DNA of 64,000 bases from Candidatus Levyibacteriota bacterium (GCA_016432345.1 CP066685.1:304236-368235); one strand, 5' to 3'. Positions 26,975 through 36,579 are shown, numbered from the stretch's first letter. Notes: generated by a model from the sequence alone, not told the origin. Made by a program: numbers and translations.

Positions 26975-28270
26975 CTAATTATCTTTTTCAATCTTTGCTC
27001 GCGCTCGCGCTATGGCTTGTTGGTAGAGTGTTTGGATATCGTCTAGATCGTATATTTCTGGTGGGAAAAGTCGTTCTATAACTCCTGTTTCAAAGACTCG
27101 TTTTGCCTCAAATTCGTCACGCGACACCCCTCGTTGATATAAAGAATCAAGGTATGTTTTTATAGTATGAATAATGACTTCTACCTTTAATCCATGAAAT
27201 TTTACTTGAAGTTTGCATACCTTAAAGTCTTTGGAGCTGCCGCCGTTTTCGGCAGAGTATTTTCCATCTTGGATAGAATCCTCGATGTCTGTAACTTCTA
27301 TTTCGCTTCCTGAGGTTTGCGCGGCTCTAATAAATTGTTCAACAATTTTTTTTACATCACGATAAGTTTCAACGACTGCAAATACACCAAACACATCTTG
27401 CACTGCTTCGGTTGGTTCGTGTGATCTTTTTCTTAATAATTTTACTACCTGAGAAATATCCAGTTTTTTTCGAGTGTGGAGAAAAATTTTTCTATTTCCT
27501 TCCGTAAGTCTTCGTACTGGAAGAACGTCTAATTTTGTGCCTGGATATTGTTGTTGATAGACTCGCGCTTCTTGTCGTGTATTAAATGTAGTGTAGTTTG
27601 CGCATTCATATGTTTCTGGATTAAGATGACTAACAATGAATACTCTTTCTGGCGCGCCCCTTTTTTGATCTTTGCTTAACAAGTTTTGATCAAGGAAATA
27701 ATTTATTTCGTCAATACTCCCTTTATATTGACTAGCAGCATAATCAATGTCTTGAGCATATTCCATAAGCACTAATTTTCGGTATGCTTCAAACCGTGTG
27801 GTTCTATACTCATCTTTATTAAATATTATTGTCATAAGATCAACAGGATGGTGAATGTCTCGCAGTTCGTTGGTGAGATCGACTGCAACAACATCCTGAC
27901 CAAGAAAATCTTTACTAAGGTTATCTATTATCGAATCTGCAGTTTCAGAGTATTTTTTATACCGATTAGCTCTAGCTTCAATTGACTCGTCTGCAAAATC
28001 AGGAAACTGCAATGAAAATCGTTCGTCATATGTTGTTTTAACGCGAGCAAGCGCTTCGGGGGTCTTTGTGATAGCTGGAATCTCCGAAAAATTTTTGACG
28101 CCAAAAATTCCTGTGACTCTTGCTCGAAGAGCAACAAAATCCATGTAGAGTCCAGTAAATTTAAGCTCTCTTATTCCATGTGTACGTAATTGAGGAAAAG
28201 ACCCCGATCTTGTAAAATAGCGATCAAGAGATTCAAGCGGTTTCATACTATGGGATTGTATAAAATGCAA
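26975..28270 (-). CDS. Hypothetical protein; the C-terminal third resembles a degenerate RelA/SpoT-type nucleotidyltransferase domain
   Basis: aa ~260-385: HTRKKLDISQVVKLLRKR ... VQDVFGVFAVVETYRDVKKIVEQF ... FKVCKLQVKFHGLKVEVIIHT. This follows the order and spacing of the RSH synthetase blocks (RxKS..Kl.RK / D..G.R.v / Y.S.H / vE.QIRT), but with substitutions at the conserved R, H, Q and R. Assigned from memory of the family pattern only. Confidence 0.35.
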   Translation of the reverse strand: MHFIQSHSMKPLESLDRYFTRSGSFPQLRTHGIRELKFTGLYMDFVALRARVTGIFGVKNFSEIPAITKTPEALARVKTTYDERFSLQFPDFADESIEARANRYKKYSETADSIIDNLSKDFLGQDVVAVDLTNELRDIHHPVDLMTIIFNKDEYRTTRFEAYRKLVLMEYAQDIDYAASQYKGSIDEINYFLDQNLLSKDQKRGAPERVFIVSHLNPETYECANYTTFNTRQEARVYQQQYPGTKLDVLPVRRLTEGNRKIFLHTRKKLDISQVVKLLRKRSHEPTEAVQDVFGVFAVVETYRDVKKIVEQFIRAAQTSGSEIEVTDIEDSIQDGKYSAENGGSSKDFKVCKLQVKFHGLKVEVIIHTIKTYLDSLYQRGVSRDEFEAKRVFETGVIERLFPPEIYDLDDIQTLYQQAIARARAKIEKDN

Positions 28271-28276
28271 TAGCGC

Positions 28277-28305
28277 TTGTCAAGAACAAAAAAAATAGGT
28301 ATTAT
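28277..28305 (+). promoter_or_regulatory. Sigma70-like promoter TTGTCA-17-TATTAT, 9 nt before the aspS ATG
   Basis: TTGTCA at 28277-28282, TATTAT at 28300-28305, ATG at 28315. Confidence 0.45.
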
Positions 28306-28314
28306 GTATCAAAT

Positions 28315-29652
28315 ATGCAAAGAGTTCTTATTGCGGAAACTGTTGGTTATATAGATAGGGAAGTTTTAATTAAGGGTTGGATAAAAACCAGACGGGACCA
28401 TGGGAAGCTAATTTTTTTGGATGTTAGAGATAGGTCTGGAATTGTTCAAGTAGTTATAAATCCTCATGTTTCTCAAAATGCGTATGAGCAAGGACAAAAA
28501 CTGCGGTCGGAGTTTGTGGTTGAAATTATTGGAAAAGTTAACAAACGACCGGAAAAACTCGTTAACCCAAAGCTCGAAACAGGCACTGTCGAAATTGAAG
28601 CAACTGCGATAGCCATTCTGGCAGAAGCAGATGTCTTGCCTTTTGACTTAGATCAGCAAGAATTAAATTTAGAATTGCCAACACTGTTGGATTTTAGATC
28701 ATTAACTTTACGCCATCCCAAGCAGCAGGCGATTTTTGCCGTGCAGGCGGCGCTTGCTGCAGGGTTTAGAAAAGCAGCAGAACAACTTGGTTGTACCGAA
28801 ATTGTGGTACCAACAATTGCTATTTCTTCAACAGAAGGAGGAGCCGAAGTTTTTGCAGTTGATTATTATGGACATAAAGCATTTATGACCCAAAGCCCGC
28901 AATTATACAAACAAATGATGGTGCCAATCTTTGAGCGGGTTTGGACAATTGCCCATGCATATCGCGCTGAGCCATCAGTTACTACAAGACATTTGGCAGA
29001 AACTACACAGCTTGATTGCGAGCTGGGATTTGTAAATTTTGAAGAATTGTTAGATAGTTTGGAGCAAGTCGGGATGGAAATGGTTAGTTATGCCCAAAGT
29101 AAGTGCCAAGATATTTTTACAACATACAATTTGGAAAAAGTGCCTTCTGGCAAAATTCCAAGACTTACTCTACGGGAAGCGCAAGAGGTGATTTTTAAAG
29201 AATTTGGCCGAGACGGAAGAAAAGAAAAAGACTTAGCGCCGCAGGACGAAGTGGATATTTGCAAATGGGTCAAAGAAAAACATCATAGCGATTTTGTAAC
29301 AATTACCCATTTTCCAACAAAAGCCAAACCGTTTTATACCATGCCAGATCCTAAGAATCCAGAATACTCATTAAGTTATGATTTGTTATTTCGAGGCGTT
29401 GAGGTGTTAAGCGGTAGTCAGCGAATTAACGATTATGAGATGCTGGTTGCATCTATTAAAAACCGTGGCATGAATACCAAAGATTTTACCATGTATTTGC
29501 AGGCATTTAAATATGGTATGCCGCCTGAAGGAGGATTTTCGTTTGGACTGGAACGAATGACTATGAAAATTTTTGGGCTCTCAAATGTTAGGGAAGCAAG
29601 TCTTTTTCCAAGAGATATGGAACGAATTGATGAGAGATTATCGCGCATTTGA
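28315..29652 (+). CDS. aspS: Aspartate--tRNA ligase (short archaeal/type-2 form, possibly non-discriminating)
   Basis: OB-fold N-terminus (GWIKTRRDHGKLIFLDVRDRSGIVQVV) and class II motifs FRAEPS, GSQR and GGFSFGLERM. 445 aa, lacking the bacterial insertion domain. Confidence 0.9.
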   Translation: MQRVLIAETVGYIDREVLIKGWIKTRRDHGKLIFLDVRDRSGIVQVVINPHVSQNAYEQGQKLRSEFVVEIIGKVNKRPEKLVNPKLETGTVEIEATAIAILAEADVLPFDLDQQELNLELPTLLDFRSLTLRHPKQQAIFAVQAALAAGFRKAAEQLGCTEIVVPTIAISSTEGGAEVFAVDYYGHKAFMTQSPQLYKQMMVPIFERVWTIAHAYRAEPSVTTRHLAETTQLDCELGFVNFEELLDSLEQVGMEMVSYAQSKCQDIFTTYNLEKVPSGKIPRLTLREAQEVIFKEFGRDGRKEKDLAPQDEVDICKWVKEKHHSDFVTITHFPTKAKPFYTMPDPKNPEYSLSYDLLFRGVEVLSGSQRINDYEMLVASIKNRGMNTKDFTMYLQAFKYGMPPEGGFSFGLERMTMKIFGLSNVREASLFPRDMERIDERLSRI

Positions 29653-30598
29653 GAAAAAACTGTTAACTTTTGCAACTAGAAAAAACGCCAAAATTGCCTG
29701 CGTTTGTTTTGTTTTTTCGTTTTTGTATACGGGCATCATAATTGTTGATCAAAAAATTATCCAAGACACAGCAAGAGCAAAAATTATACCTCTTCCTTTT
29801 GTTATTTCTAAACCAGCAGAGTATCCTTTTATTTCGGCTGTTTTGGGAGAAAAAAGTATGTCGTTTCCTATTACAGCCCAAGCAGCAATAATTATGGATA
29901 ATGATTCAAAGGTTATTCTTTACGCCAAAAATGAAAATTTTCGTTTTTCCATGGCATCAACAGCAAAAATTATGACAGCATTAGTTGCTATCGAACACTT
30001 TAAATCATCGGATATTTTAATTGTTCAGAATGAAAAGGTTGAAGGCGTAAATGTTGGGTTTACAAAAGGAGAGAAAGTATATTTTAAAGATTTGCTTTAT
30101 GCAATGTTATTGCCATCTGGTAACGATGCGGCAATTGCCATTGCCCAAAACTATCCAGGAGGCGAGGCAGTATTTGTGGAAAAAATGAATGAAAAAGCAA
30201 AGGATTTACACCTTTTTAAAACCCATTATACCGATGCTTCGGGGCTTGATGATAACGGAAACTACACAACTGTTTTAGATTTGGCGCGTCTTGCTTCGTT
30301 TGGACTTAAAAACGAAACGCTTTCTAGTATTGTTGCAACTAAAAAGTATGTGATACGAAGTCTTGATGGAAATGTTTATATATTGAATAATCTTAATAAG
30401 CTGCTTGGCATAGATGGTGTTTACGGCATGAAGACAGGACATACAGAAGGAGCGGGAGATGTGCTTGTAACTATAAAAAAAGAAGGAGAAAAAGCATTTA
30501 TTTTGGTAGTGATGAAAAGTCAGGATCGTTTTGCCGATACTCAAACGCTGCTTTCTCTTATTTCCGGACAGATGCAGTATCAATCCATGCATCCGTAA
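29630..30598 (+). CDS. D-alanyl-D-alanine carboxypeptidase (serine peptidase S11, PBP5/DacB-like)
   Basis: ORF 29573..30598, with the likely ATG at 29630. SxxK = STAK, SxN = SGN, KTG = KTGHT. It has an N-terminal TM anchor. Confidence 0.85.
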   Translation: MRDYRAFEKKLLTFATRKNAKIACVCFVFSFLYTGIIIVDQKIIQDTARAKIIPLPFVISKPAEYPFISAVLGEKSMSFPITAQAAIIMDNDSKVILYAKNENFRFSMASTAKIMTALVAIEHFKSSDILIVQNEKVEGVNVGFTKGEKVYFKDLLYAMLLPSGNDAAIAIAQNYPGGEAVFVEKMNEKAKDLHLFKTHYTDASGLDDNGNYTTVLDLARLASFGLKNETLSSIVATKKYVIRSLDGNVYILNNLNKLLGIDGVYGMKTGHTEGAGDVLVTIKKEGEKAFILVVMKSQDRFADTQTLLSLISGQMQYQSMHP

Positions 30599-31622
30599 TG
30601 GCGGGGACGTAGGCGAAGAAGCCATTGTCGCCTTCGAAAACAATAATCGGCATAAGATATGTTTGAGGCGGGTCTCCAAGATAGTAGCCTAATGATACGT
30701 TTTTAATACGAATTATATCTTGATTCCCAAAATAAGAAGCAAGATATGCTTTTTGCTTTTGCAATTCTGCAAATGCTTGATCTGCAGTTTTTATGGGATA
30801 AGTGGCAGATGATGTTTGATTGATTGTTGAGTGATTGAATTTTGCTTCTATGATTTCTTCGTCAAATCTTCCCCCGGTCAGGATAAAATAAATAATTGAT
30901 TGAGGCGGGTTGGGGTAATAGATTGGGATTTGGTTTATGTCTTTTTGGTAAAAATCTACCCTCACAACTTGGGCGGTTGAGGGGCTTGAAGCTTCAACCA
31001 AACGTTGATTTTGTATTGTCAGAAGGGTGGTTTTTGTTTTGGCAATATCGATGTCATTTGGAAAAAGAGACAATCTTGTTAAAAAATTTGTAGCCGAAGT
31101 TTGGGCGCTGGCTTGGTCTGGAACAGGAGTTTTAATAAGAAGGTCTGGATTTAAAAGATAATTTGAAGAAAGCGTAAAGTTATTAGAGACAATATTTAAA
31201 ATCAGTTTTCTAAATGGAGAGGCTGTTTCTGTCCAGATGTAGGTGTTTTCGGAAAGTGGATAGGGAGAATTGTTAAAACCAATCGCCTCAACTTTTTTTT
31301 GAGCGTTTTGAAGCCCAAGAAGGTTTGGTTGAGATTCATCAATAGAATACACAGTTGTTCTGTCTGGGAAGTTGGGGAGAGTGCCGGTTATGGTATCAAG
31401 AGAATATAAAAGTTTTTTGTCGGTGCTGTTATTAGGAAAGATAAGGCTTGGTAATTTACCAAAGGCTACAGTTGGGGGAGCGGGAGGGGTGGGGTAAAAA
31501 TACTCTTTTATAGTGGTTCCAAATCTAACCACAAAAAAAAGAAGAATAAGAGCAAAAACAGTAATAACAGCCCATTTTGTGATTTGTTTTGTTTCCTCTG
31601 TGACTGCGTGAAGCGTAGGCAT
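30558..31622 (-). CDS. Hypothetical membrane-anchored extracytoplasmic protein
   Basis: ORF of 354 aa with a single N-terminal TM helix followed by a Pro-rich linker. I recognise no family. Confidence 0.5.
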   Translation of the reverse strand: MPTLHAVTEETKQITKWAVITVFALILLFFVVRFGTTIKEYFYPTPPAPPTVAFGKLPSLIFPNNSTDKKLLYSLDTITGTLPNFPDRTTVYSIDESQPNLLGLQNAQKKVEAIGFNNSPYPLSENTYIWTETASPFRKLILNIVSNNFTLSSNYLLNPDLLIKTPVPDQASAQTSATNFLTRLSLFPNDIDIAKTKTTLLTIQNQRLVEASSPSTAQVVRVDFYQKDINQIPIYYPNPPQSIIYFILTGGRFDEEIIEAKFNHSTINQTSSATYPIKTADQAFAELQKQKAYLASYFGNQDIIRIKNVSLGYYLGDPPQTYLMPIIVFEGDNGFFAYVPAITDAWIDTASVRK

Positions 31623-31664
31623 GCTGTATTGAGTATAGAAGATGGCTTATGATAAAATCAAGGT

Positions 31665-32903
31665 GTGAGACAAGTTCGAGTTCGCATTGCCCCGAGTCCA
31701 ACAGGCATTCCTCATATTGGCAATACCAGAACCGCGCTTTTTAATTATTTGTTTGCCAAGCATCATAAAGGTAAATTTATTTTACGTATTGAAGATACAG
31801 ACCGTGTTAGACTTGTGCCTGGCAGCGAAAATGCAATTAAAGAGATTTTTAGTTGGTTAGGGATACATTGGGATGAAGAGTATAAGCAATCAGATCGGAT
31901 TTTAATATACAAAGAATACGTACAAAAACTTAAAGAAAAAGAATTAGCATACGAAGATAATGGCGCAGTTAGATTCCGGATGCCAAAAGAAGGAGTAAAC
32001 GAATGGGAAGATGCCATAGGCAGCAAGAAAATTTTGTTTCAAAATAAAGACCAGGAAGATTTTGTTATTTTAAAGTCGGATGGTTTTCCCACATATAATT
32101 TTGCCAATGTGATTGACGATCATCTGATGGAAATAACTCATGTAATTAGAGGTGATGAATTTATTTCCTCAACTCCTAAGCATATCCAGCTTTATAAAGC
32201 TTTCGGTTGGGATCAGCCGGTTTTTGCCCATTTGCCAGTGATATTAGGTCCAGATCATCAAAAACTTTCAAAGCGGCATGGGGCAAAGTCGGCGCTTGAT
32301 TACCGCGACGAAGGGTATTTAAAAGAAGCGCTGCTTAATTATATGGTTTTGTTGGGTTGGAATCCTGGAAGCGATCAAGAAATTATGTCTTTAGATGAAA
32401 TGATCACTCTTTTTGATTTGCCGGGTGTTAACACGGCCAGTCCGATTTTTGATGTAAAAAAGCTATTGTGGATGAATGGAATATACATACGAAAATCTCA
32501 AATATCAAATCTCAAATCTCAAATAATATCTCAAAACTCAAAACTTAAAAATGTAGATGATGCGTTGTTGGATAAACTTATTCCTCTTGCGCAGACGAGA
32601 ATGAATACGCTGAATGATTTTTATACACTTACCCGACATTTTTTTGAAGAACCAAAAGTAGTTCTTGATGAAAAGGAAAAAGAAACTGCTCAAAAACTTT
32701 ATAATGCTTTTTTAACAATGAAACTTTGGGATAATGAAACAATTTTGTCATCATTAAAAAATGTTATTCATAAAGAAGGTATTCGTATGCCTATTTTATA
32801 TAAGATACTTACAGGCGCCCCAAGCGGTTTGCCATTGCCAGAATCCTTAACGATTTTAAGCAGAGAAAAGACGATAAAGAGGCTTAAAAAATTACTTACA
32901 TGA
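31665..32903 (+). CDS. gltX: Glutamate--tRNA ligase
   Basis: GTG start. VRIAPSPTGIPHIGNTRTALF (HIGH) and KLSKRHG (KMSKS). Confidence 0.92.
   Translation: MRQVRVRIAPSPTGIPHIGNTRTALFNYLFAKHHKGKFILRIEDTDRVRLVPGSENAIKEIFSWLGIHWDEEYKQSDRILIYKEYVQKLKEKELAYEDNGAVRFRMPKEGVNEWEDAIGSKKILFQNKDQEDFVILKSDGFPTYNFANVIDDHLMEITHVIRGDEFISSTPKHIQLYKAFGWDQPVFAHLPVILGPDHQKLSKRHGAKSALDYRDEGYLKEALLNYMVLLGWNPGSDQEIMSLDEMITLFDLPGVNTASPIFDVKKLLWMNGIYIRKSQISNLKSQIISQNSKLKNVDDALLDKLIPLAQTRMNTLNDFYTLTRHFFEEPKVVLDEKEKETAQKLYNAFLTMKLWDNETILSSLKNVIHKEGIRMPILYKILTGAPSGLPLPESLTILSREKTIKRLKKLLT
32496..32549 (+). repeat. Heptanucleotide array (TCTCAAA family): tctcaaa tatcaaa tctcaaa tctcaaa, a 5-nt break, then tctcaaa actcaaa acttaaa, inside gltX
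   Basis: Read directly. It encodes SQISNLKSQIISQNSKLK. Confidence 0.92.
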
Positions 32904-33490
32904 AATATTTTGCAGAAATTATATCGTTTATTTTTCATCCGGTGATTTTTTTTCTGATCATGCCAATTCTTATTGTTTCGCGATATAGCCAAAACTCAAT
33001 GTCTGTACTTAAATGGGAAGCGTTTTCTGCCTTGTTTGTGGCAATTGCAGTAACCATTGTTCTTATTGGCAGGAGAAGAGGAATTTTTTCCGATTGCGAT
33101 TTATCTAAAAAAGAAGAGCGGTATGAATTTTATTTTCTTATTCTTATCTTTGGCGTCATCTACATAGCCGTTTCACTTTTCTTCAAAGGAATTTTCTACC
33201 CAATGTCAATTATTGCAGTCGGTATTGTTTTTGGTATTGGTATTTTTGATTTTCTAAACCGTTTTGTCAAAACAAGCAACCACGTTGCAGTTGCATCTGC
33301 ATTTACAACGGCCATTTTTATTCTCTACGGTGTTTATTCTTTTCTTATAGTATCATGGATTGTTCCATTGCTTGCTTGGGCAAGGCTTAGACTTCGAAAA
33401 CATACCATAAACGAAGCAATTATTGGCGTTATTCTTGGAATAGGTATTGCCTTATTGACATTTTTTGTAGGAAGGTATATGTATAAATAA
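32900..33490 (+). CDS. Membrane protein, PAP2-superfamily phosphatase candidate
   Basis: 6 TM helices. SNH and RLRKHTINEAIIG resemble PAP2 motifs C2/C3 (SGH / SRxxxxxHxxxD), with E in place of D. Confidence 0.45.
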   Translation: MKYFAEIISFIFHPVIFFLIMPILIVSRYSQNSMSVLKWEAFSALFVAIAVTIVLIGRRRGIFSDCDLSKKEERYEFYFLILIFGVIYIAVSLFFKGIFYPMSIIAVGIVFGIGIFDFLNRFVKTSNHVAVASAFTTAIFILYGVYSFLIVSWIVPLLAWARLRLRKHTINEAIIGVILGIGIALLTFFVGRYMYK

Positions 33491-33495
33491 TCCAT

Positions 33496-33864
33496 ATGGT
33501 AGATTTTAAGAGATTATTGTTGTCATTTAAGTACGCATTCGAAGGTATAACTTATGCTTTTGTCCACGATCAAAATTTACGAATCCATATCTTGGTAACA
33601 TTATTTGTTTTAACTGCTGGAATTTTTTATAAATTGAGCGGATTTGAGATGTGGATATTGGGGATAATGATTCTTTTTGTTGTAATGGCAGAAATGCTCA
33701 ACACAGCCATAGAGCAAATGGTAAACCTAATTAGCCTTGAGCATAAAAAAGAAGCAAAAATAGCCAAAGATGTTTCTGCAGGGATGGTCTTTTTTACTGT
33801 CATAGCTGCAATTATAGTTGGTCTTCTTATTTTTCTTCCTCATATATTTATAAATCCATCTTGA
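33496..33864 (+). CDS. dgkA: Diacylglycerol/undecaprenol kinase DgkA
   Basis: FKYAFEGITYAF, NLRIH, EMLNTAIEQMVNLIS and AKDVSAGMV. Confidence 0.88.
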   Translation: MVDFKRLLLSFKYAFEGITYAFVHDQNLRIHILVTLFVLTAGIFYKLSGFEMWILGIMILFVVMAEMLNTAIEQMVNLISLEHKKEAKIAKDVSAGMVFFTVIAAIIVGLLIFLPHIFINPS

Positions 33865-33922
33865 CTTCTGATAAATTCTATGAGTACACTCAAGATAGGT
33901 TTTGAGGAAAGGAGGTGATTAC

Positions 33923-34135
33923 ATGAAAGCATTACACATAGTTGCTTTTACATTAGTTGTTGTTGGTGCTCTTAATTGGGGTTTGTGGGGACTTTTAGAT
34001 TTTAATTTGGTAACAGCAATTTTTGGCACAATTCCAGGGGTTGAGAAGTTAGTATATATCTTGGTTGGCGCATCGGGTGTTGTTTTGTTGGCAACACATA
34101 TGCAAGATTGCAAAGCGTGCGCATCGAAAAAATAA
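33923..34135 (+). CDS. DUF378 domain-containing membrane protein
   Basis: ORF 33902..34135, with the likely ATG at 33923 after SD AGGAAAGGAGGTG. VGALNWGLWGLLDFNLVTAIFG is the DUF378 signature. Confidence 0.8.
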   Translation: MKALHIVAFTLVVVGALNWGLWGLLDFNLVTAIFGTIPGVEKLVYILVGASGVVLLATHMQDCKACASKK

Positions 34136-34157
34136 GTTTAGGTTTTATACTATCCTG

Positions 34158-34189
34158 CTCGTCCCGATTCGGTCGGGACGAGTTTATTT
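34158..34189 (+). terminator. Rho-independent terminator (10-bp stem, 5-nt loop, TTTATTT tail)
   Basis: ctcgtcccga-ttcgg-tcgggacgag followed by tttattt, read directly. Confidence 0.75.
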
Positions 34190-34934
34190 AGTAGCGAGAC
34201 TGCAAAAAACCTTCGATAGTATTGTTTTCTTGATAACTTTCTGTAACAAAATAAATAGTGTTTTTGGGGTCTTTTTGGAAATTAATTACAGCACCATCAC
34301 CATTTAATAATATGTTTTGCAAAGGAGTATTATATATATTTTGCACAGCATTATCTTTGTTTTTTTGGTTTGATTGCATAATATATCGTTTGCCTCTTAT
34401 TTGCACCCCAAAGCTCTCAACAGAATAGCCAAGAAGTTGTAAATTTGGCGCAATTTGGTTTTGAATAAATAACAAGTTAGAAGTTTTTACGCTAAAGTGT
34501 ATGGTATATTCTTTCTGTAAACCCAAACCCCCATCCATGCCTCGCGTAAATACTTTTCGTTCTATATTGTGAGTTGCTTTTTCAAGCGGGTACCAAAGTG
34601 AAAGACTTTCAGTTACTGCTCGTACAACAAAAAAAACACTAAAAAGTAAAGCAATTGTACCTACTAAAAATATTCGCCACCAAGAAAATCTTTTTAAAGA
34701 AGCTTTAAACAAAAAAGAAATGACGTACATTGGTAAGAAAAAAATTGCCAAATTAATAATAATGTTTTTCATAGACATGCCAAATTCTTGGGCTATCACT
34801 TGCGCATAGGAAGTGGCTGTATACTGCGGTTTTGGGAAATACCATCCCTGCCAGGCAATAAAAATAGATGTTAACAAAACAATATAGGCAATTATTGTTA
34901 TAATTTTTACAGCAAGACTCTGTTTTTCAAACAT
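34188..34934 (-). CDS. Hypothetical membrane protein (3-4 N-terminal TM helices plus a soluble C-terminal domain)
   Basis: ORF of 248 aa. I recognise no family. Confidence 0.5.
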   Translation of the reverse strand: MFEKQSLAVKIITIIAYIVLLTSIFIAWQGWYFPKPQYTATSYAQVIAQEFGMSMKNIIINLAIFFLPMYVISFLFKASLKRFSWWRIFLVGTIALLFSVFFVVRAVTESLSLWYPLEKATHNIERKVFTRGMDGGLGLQKEYTIHFSVKTSNLLFIQNQIAPNLQLLGYSVESFGVQIRGKRYIMQSNQKNKDNAVQNIYNTPLQNILLNGDGAVINFQKDPKNTIYFVTESYQENNTIEGFLQSRY

Positions 34935-34952
34935 AGCTTACTATATTGTAGC

Positions 34953-35102
34953 TTAAGATGAAGATATTTGAAGAAGATATGTAGCAATTGCTGCCACAGC
35001 CAAAAGAGGCAATAGCCATTGTAAATTAGGATGTTTTACAAATAAAGCATCTGATGATGATTTATTTTTGCTTATAGATTTTTTAATTTTTTTCTTAGCC
35101 AT
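34953..35102 (-). CDS. Hypothetical small basic protein with a C-terminal TM helix
   Basis: ORF 34953..35183, with the more plausible start at Met-28 (MAKKKIKKSISK...). Confidence 0.35.
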   Translation of the reverse strand: MAKKKIKKSISKNKSSSDALFVKHPNLQWLLPLLAVAAIATYLLQISSS

Positions 35103-35217
35103 ATATTTAGTATTAAATAAAGTGTTTGTTCTTGTCAAGACCCTATAGTTAAATAGGGATACGAAATAAAATTCTTCTTGCAATTGCCATAGTATATATA
35201 TTACGCTCTAAATATAC

Positions 35218-35937
35218 ATGGGAAACCGATCTCATTCTAAAAAACATCATCAAAGAAAAACTATTCGGTTTTATCTAAGAATTTATTTTTTATCTTTTTT
35301 TGTTGGACTAACTGTGTTTATTTTGGGTACCTATTTTGTAAAGCCAAATCCACCCTGCGCTAATTCTATTTCTTGTCAAAGCTCCTTGTCAGAAAAAATA
35401 GAAAACGGCGCTGTTGGTATGTTCCAGGGGCACAAAATTGTTGCGCCAACAGTAGATACTGCGTACGATACGGCAATATCTGTAGTTTTGGGTACAAAAG
35501 ACACAAATGAAAAAAAACATATTTATATTGATTTGGAAAAACAAACACTCTATGCTTACGAAGGAAATAATAAAGTTTTTCAAACACTGATTGCGTCTGG
35601 TAGATGGGGAAGAACTCCTACTGGTAATTTTAACATCTGGCAAAAACTGCGAGCAACGCGCATGTCAGGCGGAAGTGGCGCTGATGCATACGATTTACCC
35701 AATGTGCCATATGTGATGTATTTTTATCATGATTTTGGTTTGCATGGAGCATATTGGCATAATAATTTTGGCCATACCATGAGTCATGGCTGTGTAAATA
35801 TGCGGCCAGTTGATGCCAAAGCATTATTTGAATGGGCAGATGGGCCAGAAAATAGCAAGCTGGGGACGCCAGTGTCGGTTTGTAATCAGTTTATCGGACC
35901 AGACAAATGCGTGCAGGAAAATCCAATACAATCATAA
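35218..35937 (+). CDS. L,D-transpeptidase (YkuD domain)
   Basis: Catalytic motif HGAYWHNNFGHTMSHGCVNM. It has an N-terminal TM anchor. Confidence 0.88.
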   Translation: MGNRSHSKKHHQRKTIRFYLRIYFLSFFVGLTVFILGTYFVKPNPPCANSISCQSSLSEKIENGAVGMFQGHKIVAPTVDTAYDTAISVVLGTKDTNEKKHIYIDLEKQTLYAYEGNNKVFQTLIASGRWGRTPTGNFNIWQKLRATRMSGGSGADAYDLPNVPYVMYFYHDFGLHGAYWHNNFGHTMSHGCVNMRPVDAKALFEWADGPENSKLGTPVSVCNQFIGPDKCVQENPIQS

Positions 35938-35938
35938 T

Positions 35939-36577
35939 ATGACAACACGACATAAAATAGAGCTTGAGACAATATCTTTTGTTTTTTTGGCAGCATTTTT
36001 AAGCAGCGTTGTTGTTTGGCAAAGTAATAAAAGTCTAAAAGATTGGTTTTATACATCGCTTCCTTTTAATGCGTCAAATAAAACAGATACTGTTGTTACG
36101 CCTGTGCCAGGTCCAAAAGTTGACATTGCATCACAAACTTCTCCTGATGGGGTAAAATTGCTTACTATGAAAAAAACCCACAATTCTGACTCGACTTTTA
36201 CTTATGTGTTTACAACATCCGACCAATCAGGTTCTAATCAAAAACAAATATACACCGTAAAAGCAGCAGAACCACAAACGTTTGGTGTGCCATATAATGC
36301 TTGGTCTCCAGATAACAAATATGTATTTATTCAAAAAAATGGAAGAGATGCTCTTATTTTTAAAGCAAATGGAGAAGAAATAGGTCCAAATCAAATGTAT
36401 TTTGATGTTGAAGATAATTTTGTGCAAAAAGGGATAAAAAATAAACTTTCAGAAGTAACAGGTTGGGCTTCCGAAACTCTTGTAATCGCTAATACATTTA
36501 CACCCGAAAATAACAAAATTTCGTATTGGTTTGAAGTACCAAGCAAAGCAATTATCCAACTTTCTTCTCAATTTTAA
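35939..36577 (+). CDS. Hypothetical membrane-anchored protein
   Basis: ORF 35810..36577, with the likely start at ATG 35939, 1 nt after the upstream stop. It has an N-terminal TM helix. I recognise no family. Confidence 0.5.
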   Translation: MTTRHKIELETISFVFLAAFLSSVVVWQSNKSLKDWFYTSLPFNASNKTDTVVTPVPGPKVDIASQTSPDGVKLLTMKKTHNSDSTFTYVFTTSDQSGSNQKQIYTVKAAEPQTFGVPYNAWSPDNKYVFIQKNGRDALIFKANGEEIGPNQMYFDVEDNFVQKGIKNKLSEVTGWASETLVIANTFTPENNKISYWFEVPSKAIIQLSSQF

Positions 36578-36579
36578 AT

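Noticed and set aside
4478-32549. Classical slipped-strand phase variation as the explanation for all arrays
   Set aside because: Frameshifting sufC, sufS, secF, gltX or recJ would inactivate essential or near-essential single-copy genes. I keep phase variation as a hypothesis only for the 5'-proximal arrays in the two glycosyltransferase genes.
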